From: a bacterium
GTDB taxonomy: Bacteria; Patescibacteriota; Minisyncoccia; UBA6257; JAGOQP01
Length of the DNA: 58,914 bases
Direction of reading: 5' to 3'
Assembly (NCBI GenBank): GCA_021814445.1
Contig: JAKAIF010000002.1
Span: 1-58,914 of the forward strand
Both the position numbers and the translations under genes were made by a program. The notes under the pieces are model-generated. The model worked only from the letters and a program-made list of their open reading frames with translations, was not told the DNA's origin and made no database searches. Each line of letters starts with the position of its first letter. Position 1 is the stretch's first letter. Positions 27,975 to 37,899 of the stretch are shown here, one piece after another.

Positions 27975-28000
27975 AAAACGCCCTTGCAGGGGCGTTTTAT
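27975..28000 (+). terminator. groEL terminator
   Basis: AAAACGCCC-ttgca-GGGGCGTTTT. Confidence 0.65.
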
Positions 28001-28015
28001 TGTTTCCTAAAAATA

Positions 28016-28024
28016 TGATATACT
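28016..28024 (+). promoter_or_regulatory. TGATATACT extended -10 box
   Basis: 28 nt upstream of the lemA ATG. Confidence 0.4.
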
Positions 28025-28052
28025 CTCAATAATTAATACTATAACTAGTAAT

Positions 28053-28616
28053 ATGGATTATATACAAACAAACATCATCTGGATTCTCCTTGGGCTTATT
28101 GTGGTATGGATTATACTTTCATATAACGCCCTCGTACGAGTACGGAACAGAGCAAAAGAAGCGTGGTCTGATATATCAGTCCAATTAAAACGCCGATATG
28201 ATCTTATTCCCAACCTTGTGGAAACGGTAAAGGGATATGCGACACATGAAAAAACAGTTCTAGAAGAGGTAACAACCGCGCGCACGACCGCCATGGGAGC
28301 AGAAGGTAAGATGGGGCAAGCACAAGCAGAAAATCAACTTTCTCAAACCATAAAGACATTATTTGCTGTTGCTGAAAACTATCCAGATTTAAAAGCAAAC
28401 GCAAACTTCTTAGAATTACAAAGAGAGCTCTCGGATACCGAAGATAAAATCCAAGCCTCTCGCAGATTCTACAATACCATGGTGCTTGAATTAAACACCA
28501 GAATTCAGACATTTCCTACAAACATGCTGGCATCACTTTTTGGCTTCAAACAAGAAGAATTTTTTGCGCTTGAATCTGAAGTCGAGGGAAAACCTGTTAC
28601 CGTTTCATTCAAATAA
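28053..28616 (+). CDS. lemA: LemA family protein
   Basis: N-terminal TM. YNALV...RRYDLIPNLVETVKGYA...AENYPDLKAN. Confidence 0.9.
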   Translation: MDYIQTNIIWILLGLIVVWIILSYNALVRVRNRAKEAWSDISVQLKRRYDLIPNLVETVKGYATHEKTVLEEVTTARTTAMGAEGKMGQAQAENQLSQTIKTLFAVAENYPDLKANANFLELQRELSDTEDKIQASRRFYNTMVLELNTRIQTFPTNMLASLFGFKQEEFFALESEVEGKPVTVSFK

Positions 28617-28630
28617 TTATTATTAAAATT

Positions 28631-28694
28631 TACTAGGATAAGTTTTTAGTAGTTATTAGCTTTATTACTAATTACTCGTTACTAGTTACTATTT
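28631..28694 (+). repeat. Heptad tract, TTACTAG/ATTACTA family
   Basis: ...ATTACTA ATTACTC GTTACTA GTTACTA TTTATT then ATG. Shares the 14-mer TTACTAGTTACTAT with 56436-56449. Confidence 0.65.
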
Positions 28695-28697
28695 ATT

Positions 28698-28937
28698 ATG
28701 ATGGGAGATATTCAACAATTTGTGGCATATTATCAACAGCATGAATTTATTTTTATGCTTATCATACTTTGGTCATTGGTATGGAAGGGGATTGCTCTTT
28801 GGAAGGCGGGAAGAAACAACAATCCAGTTTGGTTTGTAATATTTATGGTAGTTAATCTCCTGGGTGTTTTGGAAATTCTCTATATTTTTATCTTCTCAAA
28901 GAAAAGCACCACAACACATGAAGAAATAGAGAAATAG
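28698..28937 (+). CDS. DUF5652-like small membrane protein
   Basis: WKGIALWKAGRNNNPVWFVIFMVVNLLGVLEILY pattern. Confidence 0.55.
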   Translation: MMGDIQQFVAYYQQHEFIFMLIILWSLVWKGIALWKAGRNNNPVWFVIFMVVNLLGVLEILYIFIFSKKSTTTHEEIEK

Positions 28938-28944
28938 AGAGACC

Positions 28945-29862
28945 ATGAATATATATGATATAAAATCTGCCAATATAAGGAGAACGTGGTTGTTGTTTGC
29001 AATCTGCTGCCTTGTTATTATCGGAATCGGATGGATATTATCATATACCTATCAAGACACAACGATACTATATATAGCGGTCTTCTTGAGCGTGGGGATG
29101 AATGTGGTTGCATATTGGAAGTCAGATGCGATTGCACTTGCTTCATATAGTGCGCAAGAGGCAGATAAAAATACATATAGAGAGATATACCGGATAGTAG
29201 AAAACATAGCTATCACCGCTGGAATTCCTCAGCCACGAGTCTATGTTATAGAAAATGATTCTCCAAATGCATTTGCCACAGGAAGAAATCCTCAGCATGC
29301 GGCAATTGCCCTTACCACAGGTATTATACATCGTTTGGAGAAGAGTGAGCTTGAGGGGGTTATCGCTCATGAACTTTCTCATATACAAAATTATGACACC
29401 CTCATCATGACCGTGGTAGTGGTATTAGTTGGAATACTTTCTATTATTGCGAACATATTTATGCGCGCCTCGTTTTTTAATGGGGGGAGAAGGGACTCAA
29501 GCCAGGAGGGAGGAAATTCTCTCATGATGATATTGGGGCTCGTAGCTATTATTATAGCTCCCATAGTAGGGACATTATTACAATTAGCCATCTCTCGTAA
29601 ACGTGAATTTGTCGCTGACGCAAATGCGGCGCTCTTAACTCGATATCCTGAGGGACTTGCACGCGCATTAAAAAAGATAAGCACCTCACAACCGTTTGAA
29701 AAATCAAAACAGGCAACGGCACACCTCTTTATTACAAATCCTATGCATCTTGACGCAGAAAGTTCTGAAAAGACATCATTCTTTGCGCGATTATTTATGA
29801 CTCATCCTCCTATAGAAGAACGCATTAAAGCGCTCTTGGCTACAGAAAATCAATCAGTGTAA
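28945..29862 (+). CDS. htpX: M48 zinc metalloprotease HtpX
   Basis: HELSH, NAFATG, FMTHPP motifs; 4 TM. Confidence 0.9.
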   Translation: MNIYDIKSANIRRTWLLFAICCLVIIGIGWILSYTYQDTTILYIAVFLSVGMNVVAYWKSDAIALASYSAQEADKNTYREIYRIVENIAITAGIPQPRVYVIENDSPNAFATGRNPQHAAIALTTGIIHRLEKSELEGVIAHELSHIQNYDTLIMTVVVVLVGILSIIANIFMRASFFNGGRRDSSQEGGNSLMMILGLVAIIIAPIVGTLLQLAISRKREFVADANAALLTRYPEGLARALKKISTSQPFEKSKQATAHLFITNPMHLDAESSEKTSFFARLFMTHPPIEERIKALLATENQSV

Positions 29863-29870
29863 ATATATCT

Positions 29871-30596
29871 ATGCCTATTATCATCGCTGTCGCAACATTT
29901 TTTTCAACATTCCTTGGAGGATTATTTGCGCTTAAATTTAAAGATCGACTTCATCTCATTCTCGGGTTCAGCGCAGGAGCGATTATTGGAGTAGCTTTTT
30001 TTGATCTTATTCCTGAAGCGATTGCATTAGGAAGCGCCTCATTAACGGTTTCTCGCATAAGCTCTATTACTGCCGCAGGGTTTGTTTTGTATATGTTGCT
30101 GGACAGATTTTTTGTGTTACACAATCACACAGAAGATGATTCTGACCATGAACACGCCTCTCAAAGAGGAAAGCTGGGCGCGGGAAGTTTAATTGTGCAC
30201 AGTTTCTTTGACGGAGTGGCTATCGGTCTTGCGTTTCAAGTTTCCGCGGCAGTAGGACTTATTATTGCGATAGCGGTGCTTGTGCATGATTTTTCTGATG
30301 GTATTAATACCGTAAACCTCATTTTAAAAAATAATGGACAAAAAAAAGAGGCTCTAAATTGGCTCCTTCTTGGGGCATGCGCTCCTGTTATAGGAGTTGT
30401 TTCTACATTATTTTTTACTCTTTCTCAAACCATATTAGGAATTATTCTTGCGCTATTCGCGGGATTCTTTTTATACATCGGCGCAAGCGACTTACTTCCT
30501 GAGAGTCACCACGCACATCCCACAAAATGGACAACTCTTGCAACTCTTATCGGAGTTATTGTGTTATATATTGCCATACAACTCGCGACCCTTTAA
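29871..30596 (+). CDS. ZIP family metal transporter
   Basis: HSFFDGVAIG and HDFSDG motifs; multi-TM. Confidence 0.85.
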   Translation: MPIIIAVATFFSTFLGGLFALKFKDRLHLILGFSAGAIIGVAFFDLIPEAIALGSASLTVSRISSITAAGFVLYMLLDRFFVLHNHTEDDSDHEHASQRGKLGAGSLIVHSFFDGVAIGLAFQVSAAVGLIIAIAVLVHDFSDGINTVNLILKNNGQKKEALNWLLLGACAPVIGVVSTLFFTLSQTILGIILALFAGFFLYIGASDLLPESHHAHPTKWTTLATLIGVIVLYIAIQLATL

Positions 30597-30607
30597 TAAA
30601 ATAACTT

Positions 30608-31675
30608 TTATGTAAGGAGTGGTTTTTTTATACGCAAAATTATTTTATTTGAAAGTTTTGCAATGCCCATGCTTAAACCAAGGAGTAAAAATATATATGC
30701 ATACGTTGCAAACCACGCAGGAAAAATCCTAAAGAAAATATCATGCCTATAAAGAAGGGGCCAGTGCAAAAGATATAACTCATACGAGTAAACACCTACA
30801 ACATCTATATATTTTGATCGTAGTGGAAAAAGAACAAAACTAAATATGCACAAGAATGTGGCCGCAAGACTCACCACTTGTTCATAGGGAGTATTGATAG
30901 CGGCATGGAATGAGATATATATAAATAGAATAGTTGCACCACCCCATACTATAAAACGCGAGACCGTGGGCAAGGCACTCCATCGGAACTTAGAATATAA
31001 GCGCGGAGATGTAAGCGCAAAAATAACTCCACACGGAAACGCAAGCGCATGAATAGCATATAAATGAATAACCCCATCGCTCAAAGGGAGGAACTGGGTG
31101 AGATATCCAGGAACCACCAATCCAAAAAGCAGTAATAAAGCCCCCGAACGAAGTGGCTTTTCTTTGCGAAAGACAAGAGGGAAAATAATATAAAAAATAA
31201 AAAGAAGAGTAAGAAACCAAAGGGGAGAATTAAAATCAGTATAAATGTTTGCGCTCGGCACAATAGCAGTAATTCCAGGGAGTATGTGTTGCCATGAAAG
31301 GGGAGCACCCGAAATACCATCTAAGATAATAATAAAAAGCGTTGTTATGATAAGAGGAATATAGAGTTTAAAAAATCTGCGTTTATAAAAAACAAGAGGG
31401 TTTGTATCTTTAAAACTCTTTGTCAGTCCATATCCAGAGAGGAATAAAAATAAATTTCCACCTATTCCCGCGAAAATAGAGAGGGGAAATAGAAAATTTG
31501 AATCAGGAAAAAGAAAATAACCTATATGAGAGAAAAACACCATAAAAAACGCAAGACCCTTAAGCGCAGTCGTATCATCACGAGTTATTCCATCTTCTTG
31601 TTTAGGGAGTCGGTTTTTGTATACAAAACTAACAATAGTAACAAAAAAGATGATAAGGAAATAAGTGGTATTCAT
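30608..31675 (-). CDS. Acyltransferase family 3 membrane protein
   Basis: LKGLAFFMVFFSHIG motif; about 10 TM. Confidence 0.8.
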   Translation of the reverse strand: MNTTYFLIIFFVTIVSFVYKNRLPKQEDGITRDDTTALKGLAFFMVFFSHIGYFLFPDSNFLFPLSIFAGIGGNLFLFLSGYGLTKSFKDTNPLVFYKRRFFKLYIPLIITTLFIIILDGISGAPLSWQHILPGITAIVPSANIYTDFNSPLWFLTLLFIFYIIFPLVFRKEKPLRSGALLLLFGLVVPGYLTQFLPLSDGVIHLYAIHALAFPCGVIFALTSPRLYSKFRWSALPTVSRFIVWGGATILFIYISFHAAINTPYEQVVSLAATFLCIFSFVLFPLRSKYIDVVGVYSYELYLLHWPLLYRHDIFFRIFPAWFATYAYIFLLLGLSMGIAKLSNKIILRIKKPLLT

Positions 31676-31725
31676 TAAAAATAGAGGTTATTGCTTCAGA
31701 AAAATACATACGATATACTACAAGC

Positions 31726-32271
31726 ATGTATTCACTGGATATTACTATTTTTCGTTTTTTGAATCAATGTATTCATATTTCTCCTCTGATAGACGGAGTT
31801 ATTTTATTTTTTGCAGAATATTATGTGGTAATTGTGGTATTGGTATTTCTGGGAACATTGTACCGTTTACCAAAGAGCAAAAAAGAAAAAATAAAGATAT
31901 TCTTCTTTGTTGCGGGCATCACAGGCATCTCGCGATTTGGAATTATGCCCCTCATACACCTTTTTGATCAGCGCTTGCGACCATTTCTTGAGCTCGGAGC
32001 TCCTCACTTATTCGTGGTTAATGAATTTTCATTTCCTTCAGGGCATACCACATTCGTATTTGCCTTAGCAACGGTCGCGTGGTATTACCACGAAAAAACG
32101 GCATACTTCATATATCTCTCAGGATTATGCATTGGTATTGCGCGCGTTATGGCTGGGGTGCATTATCCATCAGATATTATTGGAGGAATTGTTGTCGGGA
32201 CACTATCTGCGTACCTATTGGTAGCGCTTGCGCAAAAGGTATTTCATACTCACACACACATCACGAAATGA
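31726..32271 (+). CDS. PAP2 family phosphatase
   Basis: RLRPF, PSGHT, GVHYPSD motifs. Confidence 0.85.
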   Translation: MYSLDITIFRFLNQCIHISPLIDGVILFFAEYYVVIVVLVFLGTLYRLPKSKKEKIKIFFFVAGITGISRFGIMPLIHLFDQRLRPFLELGAPHLFVVNEFSFPSGHTTFVFALATVAWYYHEKTAYFIYLSGLCIGIARVMAGVHYPSDIIGGIVVGTLSAYLLVALAQKVFHTHTHITK

Positions 32272-33365
32272 TATTCTTCTTTGGCATTATTGCGGGGGTT
32301 CTTCTTATTGCACATGTCATTGTATATAAAACATTTGTTTCTATTTTTGTAGTAACAAATAAAAAGAAGAGAGTAATTCTACGAGTCGTATTCAGTGTCC
32401 TTGCATTCAGTTTTATCATTGCATCGTCTATTGAATCAACGTACGACTCTCTTTTCTCAAAGATATTTTATATTGTCTCCGCGATATGGACGGGATTTCT
32501 ATTTTATTTGTTTATTGCGGGATGCACCTATTGGGTTACCAAATGGATACTTTCGCATACACATATACAAACCTCATATATCGCTTTGGGGAAGATTCTC
32601 CTTATGTGCGCATGTGTGGTAACCATATACGGCATGATACATGCACGCGACATCACTATAACTTCAATAGCTGTATCCCTACCACATACACCAACGGAGT
32701 GGGTAGGAAAAAAGGCTGTATGGATAAGTGATACACATTTTGGAAAAATATACACGAGTTTATTAGCTCAGGAATTGGTAAACAAAATTCAAAATATACA
32801 TCCAGAGATCATCTTTGTGGGAGGAGATGTTTTTGACGGAGCCATAAAAAATCCTCAAGAAAAAATACAACCATTTTCACAACTGTACGCTCCCTGGGGC
32901 ACCTATTTTATAACAGGAAACCATGAAGAATTCTCAGACCCATCACCCTATATAGAAGCGGTACAAAAAGTAGGAATGAAACCTCTTATGAACGAGCAGG
33001 TAAAGATGCATGGCATGAATCTTATCGGCGTTGATTATAAAAGTACGACCCAAACAGATCAATTTTTAAAGATACTCACCAACATACACACAAATAAAGA
33101 AGAGCCAAGTATATTATTAAAACACGTCCCTTTTGATTTAGACGTGGCAGCTCAAGAGGGAATATCGTTACAAATATCAGGACACACCCATGTAGGGCAA
33201 ACATTTCCTATTAACCTCATTACAAACCTTGTATATAAAGGGTTTGATTACGGACTGCATATGTTTAAAACTATGGAGGTATACACCTCAAGCGGTGTAG
33301 GAACATGGGGACCCCCGATGCGTGTGGGCACATCAGCAGAGATAGTGGTTATAGAATTTCAATAA
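32268..33365 (+). CDS. Membrane-anchored metallophosphoesterase
   Basis: ISDTHFG, GGDVFDG, GNHE, GHTH motifs. ATGA overlap with the PAP2 stop. Confidence 0.8.
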   Translation: MIFFFGIIAGVLLIAHVIVYKTFVSIFVVTNKKKRVILRVVFSVLAFSFIIASSIESTYDSLFSKIFYIVSAIWTGFLFYLFIAGCTYWVTKWILSHTHIQTSYIALGKILLMCACVVTIYGMIHARDITITSIAVSLPHTPTEWVGKKAVWISDTHFGKIYTSLLAQELVNKIQNIHPEIIFVGGDVFDGAIKNPQEKIQPFSQLYAPWGTYFITGNHEEFSDPSPYIEAVQKVGMKPLMNEQVKMHGMNLIGVDYKSTTQTDQFLKILTNIHTNKEEPSILLKHVPFDLDVAAQEGISLQISGHTHVGQTFPINLITNLVYKGFDYGLHMFKTMEVYTSSGVGTWGPPMRVGTSAEIVVIEFQ

Positions 33366-33420
33366 AAAATTGGAGATCATCTCGTGTATATATTATAACA
33401 ACAAGACAATCTCCAAAATG

Positions 33421-33615
33421 TCACATACGGGGGAGCACCAAAGAAAGAACAAGAACAACTCCAGCAAGACAACTGATCAAGGCTCCTATCCGTATCCGTT
33501 TCTCCCTCCAGGGCCATGAATGATCACCCATAATGCCAATTAAGAAAGTAAGAACTCCCACCGCGAGGAAAACTCCAGAAATTATTACCACAATTTCAAA
33601 TACATTTGTAGGCAT
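33421..33615 (-). CDS. 64-aa 2-TM membrane protein
   Basis: Strong SD GGGGAGG 4 nt upstream of the ATG. Confidence 0.5.
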   Translation of the reverse strand: MPTNVFEIVVIISGVFLAVGVLTFLIGIMGDHSWPWREKRIRIGALISCLAGVVLVLSLVLPRM

Positions 33616-33718
33616 AAAGCCTCCCCATAAATTTAATTTCTATAAAAATAATAGAACGAATAAAGCATTTAGTCAACATTTATGGACTATAGAGATGGGC
33701 GTATACTGTATGCATAAT

Positions 33719-34378
33719 ATGAAAGAACAAGAACGTAAAAAAAGGATGCGCTTATTACTCAAAAAATTGCAGGAACTTTTTCCTCGTGCGCGGGTTATGT
33801 TGCGCCATAAAAATACATGGGAATTACTCGTAGCAGTTATGCTTTCGGCTCAGTGCACTGATAAAAAAGTGAATGAGGTCACGCAGCAACTATTTAAGAA
33901 ATATAAAACGGTACGTGCGTATGCGCAAGCACCCATAAAAGAACTGGAGCGGGACATTTTTCAAACAGGGTTTTATCATACAAAAGCAAAACACATACAA
34001 GAAACGGCACAAATAATTTTGAAGAAATACAAAGGAAAGGTGCCCAGCACCATGGAAGAATTACTTTCTCTACCGGGAGTTGCTCACAAAACAGCAAACA
34101 TTGTATTAGGAAATGCATTTGGGATAGTAGAGGGGATTGCAGTAGATACACACGTGCGACGTTTTGCGCTCAAATTTGGCCTCACACAACACAAGAATAC
34201 AGATAAAATTGAACAAGACCTCATGAAGCTTATCCCTCAAAAAGATTGGCTTAAAGCAAGTTATCAAATTATTGAGTATGGAAGAAACATATGTCCCGCA
34301 AGAAAACACGCATGTGAAAACCACTCCCTTTCTAAAATATATCCTCTGGCAGCTCATACATGGCCCAAAACAGTATAG
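33719..34378 (+). CDS. nth: Endonuclease III-like HhH-GPD glycosylase with an incomplete Fe-S Cys motif
   Basis: LSAQCTDKKVN, LPGVAHKTANIVL, DTHV motifs. C-terminus reads CPARKHACENHSLSKIY, with only 2 of the 4 Cys. Confidence 0.85.
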   Translation: MKEQERKKRMRLLLKKLQELFPRARVMLRHKNTWELLVAVMLSAQCTDKKVNEVTQQLFKKYKTVRAYAQAPIKELERDIFQTGFYHTKAKHIQETAQIILKKYKGKVPSTMEELLSLPGVAHKTANIVLGNAFGIVEGIAVDTHVRRFALKFGLTQHKNTDKIEQDLMKLIPQKDWLKASYQIIEYGRNICPARKHACENHSLSKIYPLAAHTWPKTV

Positions 34379-34379
34379 T

Positions 34380-34408
34380 TTGACAAATATTTATATTAGT
34401 AGTATAGT
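34380..34408 (+). promoter_or_regulatory. Sigma70-type promoter
   Basis: TTGACA-17 nt-TATAGT. Confidence 0.5.
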
Positions 34409-34440
34409 AAAAGCAGTAAATAAAATATGGAGTGCACAAA

Positions 34441-34857
34441 ATGAGTGAAAAAATAACTTCACTAGAGGGGGATCACAAGATCCTTCCTTGGATTGTTGTA
34501 TTACTTCTCTCTACGAGTGGAAAAATAATTCTCATAAAGGATGCTCACGGGAGATATGTACTCCCGAGAAAAGAAGGGGGGTCATTAGCTGAGAATCTTG
34601 AGTTTTCTTATGAAGATACTATAGAAAAGATCTTTCAAGAAAACAAAATAGAATATGAGAACATAAAGAAGATGGAAATTTTAGGAGATAAGAAAATATT
34701 TCATCCTGAAGCGAGAAAAATTTTTGTTCATCTAGAAATAACAAACGCAAAAATATTATCTCCTTATTCAAAAGCAGGATTTTATTTTCCCACAGATATC
34801 TTCAATTTCCCCTCAAAAGAAGAGGATCAAAAACTTATCAGTAAATTCTTTCGGTGA
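34441..34857 (+). CDS. Hypothetical protein (possibly a degenerate Nudix fold)
   Basis: GGAG SD 8 nt upstream. Weak GGSLAEN..E..IFQE resemblance only. Confidence 0.45.
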   Translation: MSEKITSLEGDHKILPWIVVLLLSTSGKIILIKDAHGRYVLPRKEGGSLAENLEFSYEDTIEKIFQENKIEYENIKKMEILGDKKIFHPEARKIFVHLEITNAKILSPYSKAGFYFPTDIFNFPSKEEDQKLISKFFR

Positions 34858-34883
34858 AAATAGAATTACAACAAAATTGTACT

Positions 34884-34912
34884 GGGGGCTCGTTGAGCCC
34901 CTTTATTTTTTT
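34884..34912. terminator. Bidirectional terminator
   Basis: GGGGCTC-gtt-GAGCCCC followed by TTTATTTTTT. Confidence 0.6.
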
Positions 34913-35736
34913 AATATAATATGCGCATCTTGTTCCTTTTTACCTTCAGGAATAATTTTGGTAATCATGTACCCATCAGGAATATCCTTTACCTCTAATA
35001 ATTTCGTCCGTTTTCCATTAATAAAAGTAAACACCCCCGGATCATGAGAAAGTGCCCTAATTTTACGCGCGATTGATTCAGGAATATCATCTTGTAAATC
35101 AACTCGGCCATCTTCGGTAACAAATTTTTGAGTATAGGTTGCAAGTGCATGATCTTGTTCTTTTTCTTCTATCTTTTTTTCAAGCCACAGGGGGATCGTG
35201 TGTACAATAAGTGACGCTCCCACATGAGCAAGATTTTCCTCAAGAGAAGCATAGGTATCCTGTGAATCAATGGATGTTTTTTGTTGCGCGATAAGAGGTC
35301 CATGATCCATTTGGGCATCCATTCTGTACAAAGAAACTCCCGTTATTGATGCGCGGTTTAAAAGAGCTGTTTGAATCGGTGAGGCACCTCTATACACAGG
35401 GAGAAGTGACGGATGCACTCCAATTACACCTAAAGGAAATGCAGAGAGTGTTTCTGCTGGAATTAATTGAGCATACGCGGCAACAATAGCAAAGGAAGCA
35501 TGGATACCAAACTCTTGAATATCAGATACACGTGGTTTTTCTGTGGGCTGTAAAAGAGGAATAGAATGTGCAAGAGCAAGTTCTTTCACAGGAGGAGGGG
35601 TAATAATTTGTTTTCGTCCTACTGGCTTATCGGCGCTACAAATAATTGCAGAAGGAATAAAGTCAGATGCAATAAGATCAGAAAGAACCGTGTGAGCAAA
35701 GCGATAACTTCCAAAGAAAATAAAAGGAGTATTCAT
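34903..35736 (-). CDS. fmt: Methionyl-tRNA formyltransferase
   Basis: HPSLLPVYRGASPIQ motif. Follows def. Confidence 0.9.
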   Translation of the reverse strand: MNTPFIFFGSYRFAHTVLSDLIASDFIPSAIICSADKPVGRKQIITPPPVKELALAHSIPLLQPTEKPRVSDIQEFGIHASFAIVAAYAQLIPAETLSAFPLGVIGVHPSLLPVYRGASPIQTALLNRASITGVSLYRMDAQMDHGPLIAQQKTSIDSQDTYASLEENLAHVGASLIVHTIPLWLEKKIEEKEQDHALATYTQKFVTEDGRVDLQDDIPESIARKIRALSHDPGVFTFINGKRTKLLEVKDIPDGYMITKIIPEGKKEQDAHIILKK

Positions 35737-35738
35737 AC

Positions 35739-36263
35739 TTATAATTCAGTAATGTGTTGCACCTTTTTTGTACGATCAGTAAACAAGACTCCGTTTAAGT
35801 GATCTATCTCATGCTGCATAATGCGAGCGAGAAGTCCACGTACAGAAATTGATATCGGACGATTATTTTTATCTACCCCTTTTACATGAATAGAATAAAA
35901 ACGCTCCACATCACCACACAATCCAGGAATACTTAAACACCCCTCTTGATCAGACCATTTTTTTTCAGATACACGCACAATCTGCGGATTAAAAATTGCA
36001 TAAAATTTTCCTTGATATCCCTGACCCTTAGGAAGGGGAAGTTGACAAACAAATAAACGAATGGGGAGTCCGATCTGATTTGCAGAAAGTCCCACGCCGT
36101 TTTCAAGAACCATCAGGCGTCGCATATGTTTTATTAACTCATCAAGATCTTTACGAGGAGTACTCTTTACATCAAAATCAGAAACGGGAGTACGTAAAAA
36201 TTTCTCATACTGAGCATTGGCGACGGTCCACACAAAAGAATTATCTGTATTAAAAATACTCAT
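35739..36263 (-). CDS. def: Peptide deformylase
   Basis: GLSANQIG, EGCLSIPG, QHEIDHLNG motifs. Confidence 0.95.
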   Translation of the reverse strand: MSIFNTDNSFVWTVANAQYEKFLRTPVSDFDVKSTPRKDLDELIKHMRRLMVLENGVGLSANQIGLPIRLFVCQLPLPKGQGYQGKFYAIFNPQIVRVSEKKWSDQEGCLSIPGLCGDVERFYSIHVKGVDKNNRPISISVRGLLARIMQHEIDHLNGVLFTDRTKKVQHITEL

Positions 36264-36264
36264 G

Positions 36265-36516
36265 TTATTTATTTTCTTTCATCATGCGCATAAAATATGC
36301 TCCCTTGTTTTGTACATTTTCCCGTGTGGCAATATCTTTTGCAATTTGAAGCAATCGGTCTCCGTTCTTTGTTTTTGCTAGTTTCATATACAAAGCAATG
36401 TGCTCCCGGTCATTCAATAATTCAGCCAGTTCAAGCCCCACAGACTGGTGTTTTTGATATATATGACTCTTTGAGGCACGATCTTGAAGAGTTTTAAGAT
36501 ATTCGGGAACGAGCAT
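36265..36516 (-). CDS. Hypothetical 83-aa helical protein, first gene of the def-fmt operon
   Basis: ORF 1 nt upstream of def. No family recognised. Confidence 0.5.
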   Translation of the reverse strand: MLVPEYLKTLQDRASKSHIYQKHQSVGLELAELLNDREHIALYMKLAKTKNGDRLLQIAKDIATRENVQNKGAYFMRMMKENK

Positions 36517-36629
36517 ACATAAATCCTATACCATACCACCTAAAACGGCAATATGAGTTCAAAAAAGACATATTTTGCACATCAAGAAACAGAATGATAC
36601 AATATACACAATTATTTTATATACGAAAT

Positions 36630-37898
36630 ATGCAAATAAAACAAAAACCCATTCACATTAGAAAAATTATTGAAATAGTAGTCGTGGTTCTGCTTATTGT
36701 TGCAGCTCTTACGTTTGGGTATGTTTCTGGTGTTTCTCAAGGAGAAAAAAATACTAAAAATATTATTGTACAAGGGGTCACCAATCCACAGAAAAATGAA
36801 TCACCAATTAGCTTTGATCAATTTTGGGAGGTATGGAATCTTCTGAAAACAAAATATGTTTCTAAAGAAGGAGCGGGGGACAATCAAAAATTATTATTTG
36901 GAGCCATTGATGGATTAGTGGGTTCCCTGAAAGATCCCTACACCACATTCTTTCCCCCACAAGAAGCAAAAAGTTTTTCTGATGAAATATCAGGACAATT
37001 TGGAGGTATTGGCGCTGAAATTGGATTGGATAAACAAGGAAGACTTATTGTGATTGCACCACTAAAAGATACCCCCGCCGAACGCGCAGGTTTAAAAGCA
37101 GGGGACCGTATTGTGCAAATTGATACACTAGATACCACAGGGCTTTCTTCCGAGGAGGCGGTGAAACACATTCGTGGAGAACGGGGGACAAAAGTTACTC
37201 TCATGATTATTCACGATGAAAAAGAGGGAGAGAAAAAAGTTGAAATAACAAGAGATATCATTCAAGTTCCCACATTAGAATTTAAATTAGTAAACAACGA
37301 AGGAAAAGAAGATTCACGAGGATCTATTGCATATATTAAACTTGATAATTTCTATGAAAAAGCACCATCGTTGTTTCAACAAGCAGCGATAAAAACAATA
37401 TTACTGGGAGCAAAAGGAATTGTTCTTGATCTACGAAACAATCCCGGAGGATATTTAGACGGTGCGCAATCAATTGCAGGATGGTTCCTTCCCAAAAATG
37501 ATCTCGTGGTAAGCGAAGCATTTCAAGATCCCGCGCTCACACAAAAATTATTTTCACAAGGACCAAGCTCATTAGACAATAAACCCGTTGTTGTTCTTAT
37601 TAATAAAGGATCAGCATCTGCATCTGAAATTCTTGCGGGAGCTCTCCAGGATCATAAGAAGGCAACATTAGTAGGAGAAAAAAGTTTTGGAAAAGGAACA
37701 GTGCAAGAAGTGATTCCTCTTAAAGAAGGTATGCTGAAAGTGACTATTGCCCATTGGCTTACCCCAAATGGAAATCTCATAGATAAGAATGGTATACAAC
37801 CCGACATTACCTTTACCGAACCCGCCAGCACAACGCCTGTGGGCACTGATCCGTGGATGGAACAAGCAATTACTGTATTAGTAGAAAAAATGAAATAA
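36630..37898 (+). CDS. ctpA: S41 carboxy-terminal processing protease with PDZ domain
   Basis: GGIGAEI, DLRNNPGG, GSASASEI, GKGTVQ motifs. Confidence 0.9.
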   Translation: MQIKQKPIHIRKIIEIVVVVLLIVAALTFGYVSGVSQGEKNTKNIIVQGVTNPQKNESPISFDQFWEVWNLLKTKYVSKEGAGDNQKLLFGAIDGLVGSLKDPYTTFFPPQEAKSFSDEISGQFGGIGAEIGLDKQGRLIVIAPLKDTPAERAGLKAGDRIVQIDTLDTTGLSSEEAVKHIRGERGTKVTLMIIHDEKEGEKKVEITRDIIQVPTLEFKLVNNEGKEDSRGSIAYIKLDNFYEKAPSLFQQAAIKTILLGAKGIVLDLRNNPGGYLDGAQSIAGWFLPKNDLVVSEAFQDPALTQKLFSQGPSSLDNKPVVVLINKGSASASEILAGALQDHKKATLVGEKSFGKGTVQEVIPLKEGMLKVTIAHWLTPNGNLIDKNGIQPDITFTEPASTTPVGTDPWMEQAITVLVEKMK

Positions 37899-37899
37899 C

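Noticed and set aside
32079-32267. Upstream extension of the metallophosphoesterase ORF overlapping the PAP2 gene
   Set aside because: The extension is out of frame inside the well-supported PAP2 gene. An ATGA stop/start overlap at 32268 gives a sensible TM N-terminus.
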